This document shows, piece by piece, positions 12,754 through 24,679 of a stretch of 64,000 bases of DNA (its first letter is position 1; the number at the start of each line of letters is the position of its first letter). The DNA comes from Mobula birostris. Its lineage: Eukaryota. Location of the stretch: contig NC_092375.1 of assembly GCF_030028105.1 (NCBI RefSeq), forward strand, positions 39,283,130 to 39,347,129. The letters run 5' to 3'. The translations under genes and the position numbers were made by a program. The notes beneath the pieces were generated by a model. It had not been told where the DNA came from, made no database searches, and worked only from the letters and a program-made list of their open reading frames with translations.

Positions 12754-13066
12754 TTTTTAAGGCATCCATTAGTCTTGCGAGACCATGGATCTGTACCTGG
12801 AAAGTCTTCACTCTCCAGGGTGCAGGCCTGGACAAGGTTGTATGGAAGACCGGAAGTTGCCCATGCTTCAAGTCTCCCCTCTCCATGACACCAATGTTGT
12901 CCAAGGGAAGGGCAAGGGCCGGTACAGCTTGGCACCAGTGTCATCACAGAGCACTGTGTGGTCAAGTGCCTTGCTCAAGGACACAACACACTGCCTCAGC
13001 TGGGGATCGAACTCACGACCTTCAGATCGCTAGTCCAATGCCTTAACCACCTGGCCACGTGTCCAC
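12754..13066 (-). mobile_element. tRNA-derived SINE with RTE-like tail and 11-bp TSD
   Basis: Head GTGGCCAGGTGGTTAAGGC...GAGTTCGATCCC (A/B boxes), central GTGTTGTGTCCTTGAGCAAGGCACTT. Perfect TSD catacctaaat at 12743-12753 and 13067-13077. Confidence 0.85.
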
Positions 13067-13257
13067 CATACCTAAATAGTTTACCCTTTATTGTGAAATG
13101 TGGCACCTTCACTTGTTGACAATGCAGGTCTAGCCTACTCAATCACTCCACCATCCGAGGAACAAGTCTGGTGAATCTTTATTACACTCACTCTTTAGCA
13201 AGTACGGTATTCCATTTTTTTAAAATAGAGACCAAAGCTATAAGCAATGTTAGATAG

Positions 13258-13282
13258 ACAGACAGGTAGATAGATAGATAGG
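13258..13282. repeat. (AGAT)n microsatellite, probably the tail of a short minus-strand LINE fragment (to ~13340)
   Basis: agatagacagacaggtagatagatagatag followed by tactttattgatcccgagggaaattggg. Confidence 0.6.
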
Positions 13283-13954
13283 TAAACATACTTTATTGAT
13301 CCCGAGGGAAATTGGGTTTCGTTACAGTTGCACCAACCAAGTGCAATTATATGGAGATTGCACCTGGAACAGTAAGTCCAACCAAGTGTAGTTCTCTACT
13401 GAGAGGAGATGCTCGCTGTGGAGCAAAATACTACCCTATTAGAACATGATTCAAATTGTTTACTTTTAGGTCATTGAATCAAGATCTTCCAGCCTTTTGA
13501 AATGGCCTGTCTTTGAGTCCTTCGTAACCCAGCAGCTCAAGAGCTCAAGTTCTACATACATTCTTTATATTGAAATACTTTTGTATCACCTTTTATTTTA
13601 TCTGGGGCATAGGCCGCCACCAGTAGCTTCTATACCTCAGATAAATGATGGGACAAAAGAAATTAAAATTAAAAAGAATGTTTTATCAACGAGCTAAAGG
13701 CATTACCTAGCATTTACCTTCCTTCACCTCACCAAATGACTATTATTCAAGCAAATCTTGGTTAATATCAAAGCGAAATCAAACCTGGCCATTCAAGAAT
13801 ATCCCAGCAAGAAATTTTGGAAATTATCATCGGAAAAACAACATTGACAATTTTTCCTTGCTTCCCCAAGGAGTGCTGAATCATCATTCATTTACCTTTG
13901 AACTTGGAAAAGTACAACTCAGGAGCTGGCCTTCTGCCTTATAACTATGATGTC

Positions 13955-14985
13955 CATGCAAACTAATCACATCTCTCTGCATGGGGTCTATATACCACCA
14001 ATCCCTGCCAGTTCACATTTATCTAAACATTGCTATCATTTCTGCTTTCACCAATTCCCACAGTAGCACTTTCCAGGTTCCTACCACACTCTGTTAAAAA
14101 TTCTTGCTGCATAAATTACCTTTAACCTTCCCCCTCTCACCTTAAATCTATGCTCTTGTGTAGTCGATATTTCCACCCCGTGGAAAAAGACTCTTGACTA
14201 TCTACCCTCTCTATGCTTCTCATAATTGTAAATAGTTTTGCCAGGTCACCCATCAACCTTTGATGCCTCAGAGAAAACAATACAATTTCTCCAAACTCTC
14301 CTTACAGCTAATACTCTATAATCCAGGCAACATCCTATGAATCTTTTCTGCAAACTCCCTGAAGCCTCCACATCTTTCCTGTAATGTGGTGACTAGATAG
14401 TACACCAGAACTTCATACATCTGCAACATGACTTCCTGACTCTTACACTCAACATCTTGACTGATGAAGGCACGTATGCCATAAGCTGCCTTTACCACCT
14501 GATCTACTTTTGTTGCCACTTTTAGGAAGTTATGGATCTGCATCCTGAGATCCCTCAGTGCATCAATGCTCCTAAGGTTCCTGTTATTTATTGTATAGCT
14601 TCCTTATGCATTTGGTTTCCAAAAGGACAAAGGACAATACCTCAGACTTTTCCAGGTTAAACTCCATCTGCCATTTCTTTAATCACACTGAATTGGTTTA
14701 TATCCCGCTGAATCTTTTGATGACCTTTCACATTGTGCCAAGTTTTGTGTCATCTGAAAACTTACTGATCAGCACAAACAACTGGGATCCCAGCATTGAT
14801 CCTTGTGGAGCACCACTGGTCGTAAATCTCCAGTCAAAGGAACGTCCCTTCACTGCTACTCTCTGTCTTCTATAGCCAAACCAGTTTTGAATCAAATCCA
14901 ACCTACAAAGTCTGGATGAAATCAATACACTTTAGTCTTTAGGATCAGCTGACCCATGAGGGTCCTTGCCACAAGCTTAGCAAGG
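13955..14985 (-). mobile_element. Decayed CR1 LINE (RT end and 3' region)
   Basis: ORF 14728..14925 (QRVAVKG...GAPQGSMLG...KFSDDTK) and 14316..14543 (KAAYGIRAFISQ). Confidence 0.85.
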
Positions 14986-16649
14986 TTTACTTTGGGATGG
15001 ATGAGAACAGATAACAGAAATATTTAGCTCAGAAACTAAGTGAAGAAGTCAGCAATATATTTCTACTTTTTGAAACTAGTTTGTCTTGACCTTAGGAACC
15101 AAGGTTGTTGAATACCATAATAATTTGGAATATTTATTTTTGATAGCCTCGTTTAACAAAAGTACCTGCATAGTTCTATCTCTATTCTAACATTAGCGAA
15201 AACCCAATTCTAATTGTTCGTACTATTTTATTATTTATCCATCAATTTTTCTGTGATCTAGAAGATCAGTCCAGATGAAGGATCTTGACATGAAACATTC
15301 CTCCATAGATGCTGCCTGACTCCCTAAGTTACTCCAGCAGTTTGTTTTCAAATCAAATATGAAAACTTTAATCAACAAGCCAAACTGAACAAATTACAAA
15401 TAATGTGAAAGATGTTAAGATCATTTGAAACCGGAGATTAAACTGGAAGGTTTAAATTTTTTGAGGCCCATTGTCATTCAGAGAATTTCTGACTTTATTT
15501 CTTTCTGTATTAACCACATCTTAGGACGTCCTAACTGCTGCTAAATTTGTTCGTTTCGATTAGGTTGTACCCTGTTGATATTTTATAATTTTGCTTACAA
15601 ACCAGAATAATTTGACTATAAAAATATGATTTTGTGATTCCTCTTTACATTAGTGATGCAGATTATAATTACCACCAGTTACTGATTGTTTATTTGTCAG
15701 GTTCATTAGTTTCAATGTGAATTTCTGTCTGTGGTGAGCTCCATTTCCGAGAAACTACTATATTGAAAAATACAGACTCAAGTTCCAAAACTAGTTTGGT
15801 CATCAATGGAATCTATTTCAGTTTTTTCACTTACGGTGTACAACATCATCTTAATCCCTCCATGGAATAAGCCTTGCTGTATATTTTTTAAAAACTCAGC
15901 AAAAGCCATTTCAATTAAGTGTCAATTCTCCTTTCTTTATAAATGGGATATTTTTCACTTCATTGTATGATTGGAACTATTTTCTTACAAAACTGTTCAG
16001 CAACTTAATAGAGTTTTTAGAATTAGCCATCCACATCACTTTTTTCTAAATTATGCCTCAGATATTTCAAGATCAGTCTTATAGTAAACCACTACATTGA
16101 ACTGGCCAGAAACAAAAGATTTAGCAGAATGGCCTTTTTTCAGTGACCAGCAGTTCATCTGAACATACAGCTTTCCTCTGTATTTTCTCATTCCTGATAC
16201 AGTACAGAGCCTCCCCAGCTAATAAGTGTTGTTATCTGGGCAATAACTCCCTAGGTTCCTCCCTCATGGGACAACTGCTTGTGACCCAACAGTTCACAAG
16301 TCAGAAGTGTGGTTTCTTAGCAATATATTTAAAATAAAACTTAAGCCAACCAAGGCAACACGGAAGAATATAATGTGGCTCATATGAACAAATTGTCCAA
16401 ATGCAACCTCAATCAAAGCAGTAAGCTAGTCTCGCAAAAGACTCTGTACGTATTTTATCCATAAAAAGCATGCCACATACGATCCTACTAATTGCTGCTC
16501 AGTTGCCTACTGTGATGGAAAACATAAATGACAATACAGTATTTGTTTCTTATTTACCATTATAATCGTCATTGCTTGGTTTGGTTTTTGCCGGGTCCAG
16601 ATGACTCTTAATTTCATTACAGCCTTAATCTGAATATGCACAAGTAGGT

Positions 16650-16785
16650 TGATTCTCGAGAAGTTAAGAACATCTGTCCTTGACATAAAGGCAACTTTCA
16701 ACAAAGCATGGCATCAGGGAGTCAAGGTAAAATTAACCAATAGGAAATCAGGTTACAGGTTGGAACCTTACTTTGCACAGCGGCA
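16650..16785 (+). mobile_element. Old LINE RT relic, left half; continues at ~17837-17900 after the PLE insertion
   Basis: LDIKATFNKAWHQG...YFAQR on the left continues as QRQMVLVV on the right of the PLE. Confidence 0.6.
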
Positions 16786-16882
16786 AACAAGAGGAAACCT
16801 GCAGATGCTGGAATTTCAAGCAACACACATAAAAGTTGCTGGTGAACGCAGCAGGCCAGGCAGCATCTCTAGGAAGAGGTAC

Positions 16883-16918
16883 AGTCGACGTTTCGGGCCG
16901 AGACCCTTCATCAGGACT
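16883..16918 (-). ncRNA. Intact minimal type I hammerhead ribozyme (PLE-associated); predicted cleavage between 16887 and 16886
   Basis: AGUC-CUGAUGA-A-GGGU(CUCG)GCCC-GAAAC-GUC^GACU. Complete catalytic core, stem I AGUC/GACU, stem II, loopless palindromic stem III (ACGU), as described for PLE minimal hammerheads. Confidence 0.8.
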
Positions 16919-17169
16919 AACTGAAAAAAGAGCTAGTAAGAGATTTGGAAGTGGGAGTGGGAGGGGGAGATCCAAAATGATAAGAGAAGACAGGAGGGGA
17001 AGGGATGGAACCAAGAGCTGGACAGTTGATTGGCTAAAGAGATATGAGAGGATCATGGGACGGGAGGCCTAGGGAGAAAGAAAGGGGGAGGGGGGAAGCC
17101 CAGAGGATGGGCAATAATGGATGGGGTACGAGGGGGAAGTGGGGCATTAACGGAAGTTAGAGAAGTCAG

Positions 17170-17517
17170 GGCCCCAGACAGTCCTTCCAGGTGAGGCGAT
17201 ACTTCACCTGTGAGTCAGCTGGGGTGATATACTGCGTGCGGTGGTCCCGATGCGGCCTTCTATATATTGGCGAGACCCGACACAGACTGGGAGACCGTTT
17301 CGCTGAACACCTATGCTCTGTCCACCAGAGAAAGCAGGATCTCCCAGTGGCCACACATTTTAATTCCACGTCTCTTTCCCATTCTGATATGTCTATCCAT
17401 GGCCTCCTCTACTGTAAAGATGAAACCACACTCAGGTTGGAGGAACAACACCTTATATTCCGTCTGGGTAGCCTCCAACCTGATGGCATGAACCTTGACT
17501 TCTCTAACTTCCGCTAA
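17170..17517 (+). pseudogene. GIY-YIG endonuclease domain (C-terminus of the PLE ORF), 5'-truncated
   Basis: FTCESAGVIYCVRWSRCGLLYIGET-RHRLGDRFAEH...HFN...EQHLIFRLGSLQPDGMN. Confidence 0.9.
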
Positions 17518-17737
17518 TGCCCCACCTCCCCCTCGTACCCCATCCATTACTGTCCACCCTCTGGGCTTCCCCCTCCCACTTTCTTTCTCCCTAGGCCTCC
17601 CATCCCATGATCCTCTCATATCCCTTTTGCCAATCAACTGTCCAGCTCTTGGCTCCATCCCTCCCCCTCCTCCTATCATTTTGGATCTCCCCCTCCCCCT
17701 CCCACTTTCAAATCTCTTACTAGCTCTTCTTTCAGTT

Positions 17738-17773
17738 AGTCCTGACAAAGGGTCTCGGCCCAGAACGTCGACT
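17738..17773 (+). ncRNA. Inactivated hammerhead copy
   Basis: CUGACAA instead of CUGAUGA and AGAAC instead of GAAAC. Confidence 0.65.
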
Positions 17774-20279
17774 GTACCTCTTCCTAGAGATGCTGCCTGG
17801 CCTGCTGCGTTCACCAGCAACTTTGATGGGTGTTGCTTTCCACAGAGGCAGATGGTTTTAGTTGTGAACAGTAAGACCAAAACAACATTCAGGCACGGGC
17901 TGATATGTGGCAACTAGTATTAATGAAGACATTGAAAATTTTCAACAAGAGAAAGTTTTAGCATATCTCCTTGACATTCAATGGCGTAATCATCCCCATC
18001 TGTCTCCATCAAAGATATTTGGGGTCTCATTGACTAGAAACTGGACATTCAATATATATATATATATGCTATAGGTACGTTAATTAGCGACTCATCTCCC
18101 CCATATTTTTCCTCACTGACACTTGGTGGAGAGAGTTTGTACTGTCTATAACCCAAATGTTGTTCTCCAAGTTCACTTCAACAGCACTTCCCACAATTAT
18201 ACACCTCTTTGAGGGACATGGCCAGCAGGTTCCCCTCAAAGTCACATACCAAACTGCCTTTGAAACACATCATCCAGAGGATGAGCTGCTGTCTTCAATG
18301 CAAACTTGAAAAACAGCTCTGCATCATCCATCTGGGCACAAATGCAATCTTTGGGACTCAATACTGAATTCAACAATTTTGAATAATGTGTTTCCTGTAC
18401 AAATACAAGGTTACCCATCTATAATATTAAGATTTTCTCTCTCCACAAATACTGTTTGATCTGTTGGGTGGTTCCAACATTTCCCTTTCAATTTCAGGTT
18501 TCAACAACAGTGCTAATCTGCATTGCACAGTTTTGGACATTTTTTTTCACTCTAACTGCTGTTATTAATTGATTAACTAGACTCCTATATGACCATTGGG
18601 ATCATCTGGTTGACCCTGGTCTTACTTTATAAGGGATATTCCCTATGTCCCATCCATCAGAGATATTTCTCTTGTCCAATCCATCAGTTTGCTTTACAAC
18701 TATAAATTCATTTATTTTCTCTCCTGGTTCTGAAGCTTCTCTTTCCCAGATGCTGCCTGACCTACTAAGCATTTCCAGCATTTTAGGATTTTATCCTGGA
18801 TTTTCAGCAGTTACAATTTGTTGACTTCCAGCTACCTTGCTATAGTCGTGAGATTGTTCCTAAGATAGGGTAGACAATGCTGTTCTTAAGGCAGAGTTGA
18901 TTTTTATACCAATTCAACGTAACCTTCTAACTTTTAAATTTCTTTCTGATGTTTTTACGCTATGTATGCCATTTATGTCTTTTAGCAGCTTTCTTAGCAT
19001 CCATTTCTTCATCAAAGAGCCCTCAAAATCTTATCTACTGTATATCCACCAGACATCAACTGCTGTACATCTTGCTACAATTAGAAATAATTCCACTGAG
19101 TTTCTTTGCTCTTCGCCCAAGTGTTATCATTCTCTGCATGAGATTGTCCATTACTTGCCTTTTCACTACTTACACTTTTTGTCAACTATATCTGTTAAAT
19201 TATGACCAGTGTACAAAATTATAAAACTGACCTCAGACGGATAGTGTTGGATACCAAAAAATAACAATCGTGCTTGCTTTCTCTAAGCCACTTACCCACA
19301 CAGCCATTGGCACTGGTGGGATTCAATTTTATTGAAAAGTCTGTCATGTGGTGTGTTATGAAATACCATTTGAAAGCTGACACACAATAAATATGATCAA
19401 AATGTGATTGTAGAAGGTATATTTAGTAAGTTTGCAGGTGACATAAGTTTTGATGCTACTGTATAACGTGAAGCCACAGAAATGTGGCCAACCAGCTTCT
19501 CACAACAGGAGGTTTTGAATCATGGGACAATTAGAGAAGCTGATCGTGGACTAGTGTGGAATCCAATAGCTGGGCCAGCCATTCAGTCTGAGCTCTCTGG
19601 TAGATGCCAGTGACCACAACATAGGTCCATTGATGAATGATTTAACCTAAGCATGTATTCAGGGAAAGAGTGAAATAGAGAGGCAGACTGATTGGAGTCT
19701 CAGTTTCCTACCTCTACCTCACTTGTAGGGTTGCATTCAAAGCTTCCCCAAAACTCATTATCCTTTGGAGCGACTAGTAGTAGTCCTCCTACCTTGCCAT
19801 ACCATTGGTTCAGCTGAGAGAAGCTTCTGGAAGGTCACAGCAGGGATATAATTACCACCACACACCCTTTCAGCAAGTCAGAGCATTGATGACTCTACCC
19901 TAGTGGTTAGCAGTGAAGAACCGCAGTTGATGATGTGAGGGCCTCAGCCCATAGAGACATCCACTGAGGGCTCCAACCAAGAGAGTGAAGATGTCAGCAG
20001 AATCTTCTGAAGCAGGAAACCAATGTTTATGAAGACCAGAGAAACCCAAACTCTGTGAAACCAGTGAGATGTCTGCAACCATTCCAAAGCATAATGGAAA
20101 GTGCTTGGGCCTCTGACAGATAGAGCTTAAGTTGGAATTGCATGATGAAGTACATAAATGTACGGGTGCGTTTGCACTGAGATCTGACCCATCTCCTTTT
20201 GATTGCTCAGGCACCTGGTAAAACACACTTCAAGAGTGATTGACCACAGTGTTCAGAAAATGTACTAGCAATAGAACAA

Positions 20280-20540
20280 GCAACACCCTCAAAATGCTGA
20301 AGGAACTCTGCAGGCCAGGCAGCATCTACGGAAAAGAGTATAGTCAACATTTCAGGCCGAGACCCTTCATCAGGACTGGAGCTGACTCCTCATCTTTTTT
20401 CCCATGGACCTGATGAAGGGTGTCAGCCCAAAACATTGACTGTACTCCTTTCCATAGATGCTGCCTGACCTGCTGAGTTCCTCCCGCATTTTTTGTGTGT
20501 CACTTGGATTTCCAGCATCTGCTGGTTTTCCCTTGTTTGT
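20280..20540. mobile_element. PLE-derived palindromic mini-element with two hammerhead motifs (20342-20377 minus; 20406-20441 plus)
   Basis: Inverted arms of ~95 bp around a ~30-bp spacer. The minus copy keeps CUGAUGA/GAAA; the plus copy has GAAA changed to AAAA. Degenerate flanking direct repeat (12/17) at 20263-20279 and 20541-20557. Confidence 0.85.
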
Positions 20541-20554
20541 GATTAGCAACAGGT

Positions 20555-20885
20555 CAATTGAAAAGATTGTCAGAGAAATGGTGAATGGAGTTTAATTCTA
20601 AAAAATGTGAGGCATTACACTTGATAGTACAAATAATGCTGAATGAATGGTGAAGTGTGGAGGCTTTGGAGAGGGTGCAGAAGAGGTTTACCAGGATATT
20701 GCCTAGATTAGAGAGTATTAGATATAAGGAGAGGTTGGACAAACGTGTACAGGGACAGGCAGGGTATTGGGGGATGGGACCCATGTGCAGGCAGGTCGGA
20801 TTAGTTTAGATTGACATCATGGTTAGTGTAAACATGGTGGGTGAAGGACCTTTCCTGCAATGTTTTGCTTTTGTTCTATGACAGA
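20555..20885 (+). mobile_element. Decayed CR1 3' fragments
   Basis: GGAGGCTTTGGAGAGGGTGCAGAAGAGGTTTACCAGG and CR1-type 3' UTR. Confidence 0.75.
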
Positions 20886-21881
20886 GATAGAGGGTGTGCT
20901 GCTCAAGATATCAAACCTAGCCAGGGCTTTTAATTAAGCCAAGTCTAGACTTTGTGTCTACAACAGGTTAAACTCCCTCCCATGCCTCACCACTCCCAAC
21001 TCTGTCCATATTTCTCTTTAACAGCCAGAGTTGGAACTGAAGCCTTTTAATTCCATCCTGTACCTTGAGTCAAGTTTGAGTATATTTCTTCACTCCTGTG
21101 CCTCACTTCAGCAGCCATGGGACACAGTACAAAGCCTGTGTATTAATATATATACTTCCCAATTTCTTTTAAGCAGCATTTCTACCCCAAATATTCCACA
21201 TTTTGTGCTGTTTTGTTGTCCCTACTTTGCACTTGCTATGTCTTTTTCTGATATTTTTGCCACTGTTGTTTTTTAAAAAATTATCACAGACTTTCTGCAG
21301 TTTATTTTTAGCTCTGTGTGTCTTCGAAAATGACAAAAATACAACACAAGGATGCATGGCCACAAAATGTTTAATGTCCTTCGAACCTAGTCAAGTTCAA
21401 TATGGCATCAAATCTCGTCTCTCAACAAGTGCACACTCTACTCCACCTAATGCACCTCACACTGATCGGGACCATTATCTAAAGTTCTCATGTTCCACCC
21501 ACATGAAGCTTACAGCATCTACACCAATGAAGCAGAGGTAGCAGATTTTGCAGATAAATTTCCAGACATATGCCAACACATTTTGTCTTCTGTTGCAATC
21601 AACTGCCAAACCATTACCTCAAGAGGAGACTAACCAGATCCAAAAAACTCTCTCCTCTTGAGAACAGAGCATTGTGGCAGATGCTGCTGTGCACTTCCCA
21701 GCCCTTCTCCTCATTGCTTATCCCTCAAGCTGCAAATGGTATGGGCATATATCACACACCTGCTCCCCTTCAGCGGGTTATGTTGAGCTCTATTACATGT
21801 AGATTCAGAGAGGAAATCAGGGTGGACAAATTATATAGTGGGGCCAACAAAGGGCCCTGGTGAGATAGGATAGTTCAGTAC

Positions 21882-22418
21882 ATGGGGGGAAAAAGCTACT
21901 ATTGAAAGGGAAATGGGTAGGTGTCATTGTGGCTCTTTCTGGCCCTACCAAAAAGCTGAAGAATAGAAGGAAACTCCTGGAACTAAGAAGAAGTAAAAAT
22001 GGACAAGACCTGTGTGATAGTTAGCAAATGTTCAGAGAACACAATGGCTAATGCAAGAACAGCATGCAAAGGGTAAGATTTGCAGGAGGCAACTGAAATA
22101 TTCAAAGAAAGATGTGATATTTTTAATAAAAAGAATGTACAACTGCTGTGTAGAATGTAAAAATTTGTATATAGGTTATGTAAAGAATCAGGAAAAGTGT
22201 TATCAACTCAAGACTGACAAGTGAATTATCAGATCAGACAGGAGAGAGATGAAGCAGGAAACAGACTGGAGAAAAGGTGTAATTATTTAGAAGCATAGGT
22301 AGCTGAGTTACAGCACGAAGTGGAGAAGCAACATGGATAAGAGATTAAGTAAGAGAGAGAAGAAACAATAAACAGAGATAAGGTGCAGTTGTTTAGAACT
22401 CAGATATTAAGGGGGCAA
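21882..22418 (+). pseudogene. Decayed coiled-coil coding relic, possibly LTR-retroelement/ERV gag
   Basis: From 22044, ~125 codons read in one frame with E/K/Q/R-rich heptad character, interrupted only by point stops. No family motif recognised. Confidence 0.3.
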
Positions 22419-24679
22419 GATCCGTGCAGTAAGCTATTTGGTTAGAGGTGGACACCTTCCAAATGTTCTACATAGAGGCCAGAAGACATTTTTAAAGCAA
22501 CATTTTAGCAAAAAGGTAAGCAGACTGCAAACTGAAAAGTCTGCAAGAAAAGTTGTGTTCATACATAAACTAGATTATCCCAAGATCATCTATAAGAAGA
22601 AATTTTCTTTTGTAATATTTTATGTTATTTTACACTGTATTAGTTTTTAAGTGTGTGAATCAAGTGTCTGGGAGTCTTGACTAGCTTTTTCCCACTCAGG
22701 CAAATTCAGGGCCAAACACAGAGCAGGAAAGACTAATTGCATTGCATCCGCTACCTTCACAGGTCCTTAGCCACTGGGAGAACATCATATCTTCCTCTTC
22801 TTTGGCATTCCCTTGGAATCTACATTGAACTTCATCCACTATGTTTCTGAAGGTTTGAGATGGCTGACATCCAAAATGAAACCACGGACTTTTCCAAAAT
22901 GGGAGGTAGTTTGTTCATTAGTGAGGTAGTTCACAAGGTCATTCAATGTCATGTTGTGCTTGGACATGGATCACTATATTTCCTGAGAAGCAACCATTCA
23001 AGTTAAGCTTCTTCTAACTACAAGCACATTACAATCAATATTCCCCTGTCTGCACAACTGTAAAGATCTCCCTGTGATCTCCTCCTTCTCTTCCTCATTC
23101 CTTCTCCCAGCTTTTCCCTGCCAACATTATTGCCAAAAAGTGAAGGACACAACAGACTACTAAAAATCTGGTGTAGTTGCTCTGTATTGCAAGTCACTTC
23201 CAGAATGCCTCATGCAGAGGGAGCATTCATAATGGGCACCAAATGCTTGCCAACTGAAGCTGTGTTGATGGAAAACGTTCTTTATATCTGCTTTTCCTCT
23301 CATAAGAAGACTTCAGGTTGGAGAGAGAAGACAGCTGATGATCCCTTGACAAAAAATTCCCTTTAGCCTGGCGTAGTGCTCAAAGTGTACATTCAGAAAG
23401 GACTTGTAGCTTGTAGGCACCATTTCTGCTTCCCATGTCTTACACGAATCATTCTTTTCCTCTGGTCAAATTCCTTACTGAGGGACTGATGCCCTTTCAC
23501 CTCCTGAATAACTCTACATTCTTCTCTGAGGCCTTCCAACAGGTGTAAATCAAGTGAAATATTTCTTACATTATTGGGAGTCGTGTGCCTAAAATGTCTA
23601 CTGTAACTATGCACAGAAGAGGTAAATAAAATTCTCTTGACTTAAGGATAAATAAAATCCCCATAACTTCTTTTATGTAACAGTAAACTGGGAGAAATTA
23701 ACACCCCCAGCACTGGCCTGGAAGAGCATAGACACTCACTGTATGGGGCACAGACTGTCATTGGCTAAAACTGACCTATTGGATCAGCAGATTTCCCTCA
23801 AGCGTTACTCTGCTGGTTAATGTAGGCATACTCTCAGAAAGAGCAACCTGATATAGCCTCTTGTTCCCTTGATTTCTCTCTCCTGATACACTCTCCTCCT
23901 CTGTTAGTCTTCTACTGGTCTTGTCTTTCATTTTAAAGGCCTAATGATACAAAGGTTCTTTTCTCAATAAATGCTTACCTAAGCCACCGCACTGCCCATG
24001 GAACAATGGAACTGCTGACAGTGTGCACAACTACCACATGTTTAATCCTAGCATCAGCAATGCCGCAAGCCAACAAGAATCCCTTCCAACAACACAAGCT
24101 GGGAGTCTTAAGCTGGTGAAACCTGCATTAGTCAGATTCTCACAGTTCAGTTTAGTGCTATTGGCATCAAATACATCTCGCATAAGGATTTCATGCATTA
24201 CCATTCTGACCGACTTTCTGAATGTGAGCATTGAGGAAAGAATGTGTTGTTGTGACTTTTACTAAACCCCCAGGTGCTGGAACATTCATTCCCTATTCAC
24301 CACTATTTTATTCCTCGAGTTTGGGAAGGTGAGCCGATTATTACTATAGAATGAATAATAATGGAATAATTCTAACCTTAGACTTGTATCAGAAATGAGA
24401 TGTATTCAAACCTAGTGTTTAGGAAGCTGGGCATTTCATATTATTAAGCAGCTTATTCTGTCTGCACAAATAATTCAATAATGTGTCAGATCCTTGGTTC
24501 CTCAGATTAAAAAAGTAAAAACACAAAAAATGTGAAAGATAAATGATTTTGATATAGTTAAATGGAACATTTTGCCTAGAACTACACATATATCTCATAT
24601 TTAAACTTTACAGTAAGTTTAACTTTTGTGTAAGCTGTCGGGTAAGTGAAGCATTCTTCCTTTGAATATGAAGGACGAC

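Larger units (their letters stand above)
16786..17836. mobile_element. Penelope-like retroelement: inverted copy of the 3' end (16786-17168) fused head-to-head to a GIY-YIG-encoding 3' fragment (17169-17836), with TSD
   Basis: Arms of ~350 bp are clear reverse complements. TSD-like tttgcacagcggca (16772-16785) and tttccacagaggca (17837-17850), 12/14 identical. Confidence 0.9.

Noticed and set aside
15835-15909. ATG-initiated 25 codons ending at a strong donor (GTAAGTG), considered as the CD247 leader exon
   Set aside because: Phase 0, whereas the TM exon needs phase 1, and it does not look like a signal peptide.
16950-17150. G-run-rich stretch as a dedicated G-quadruplex element
   Set aside because: It is simply the reverse complement of the pyrimidine-rich PLE 3' UTR and is explained by that feature.
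19298-19349. Phase-1 ATG exon candidate MTDFSIKLNPTSANGCV with GTAAGT donor
   Set aside because: No hydrophobic core, so not a plausible leader.
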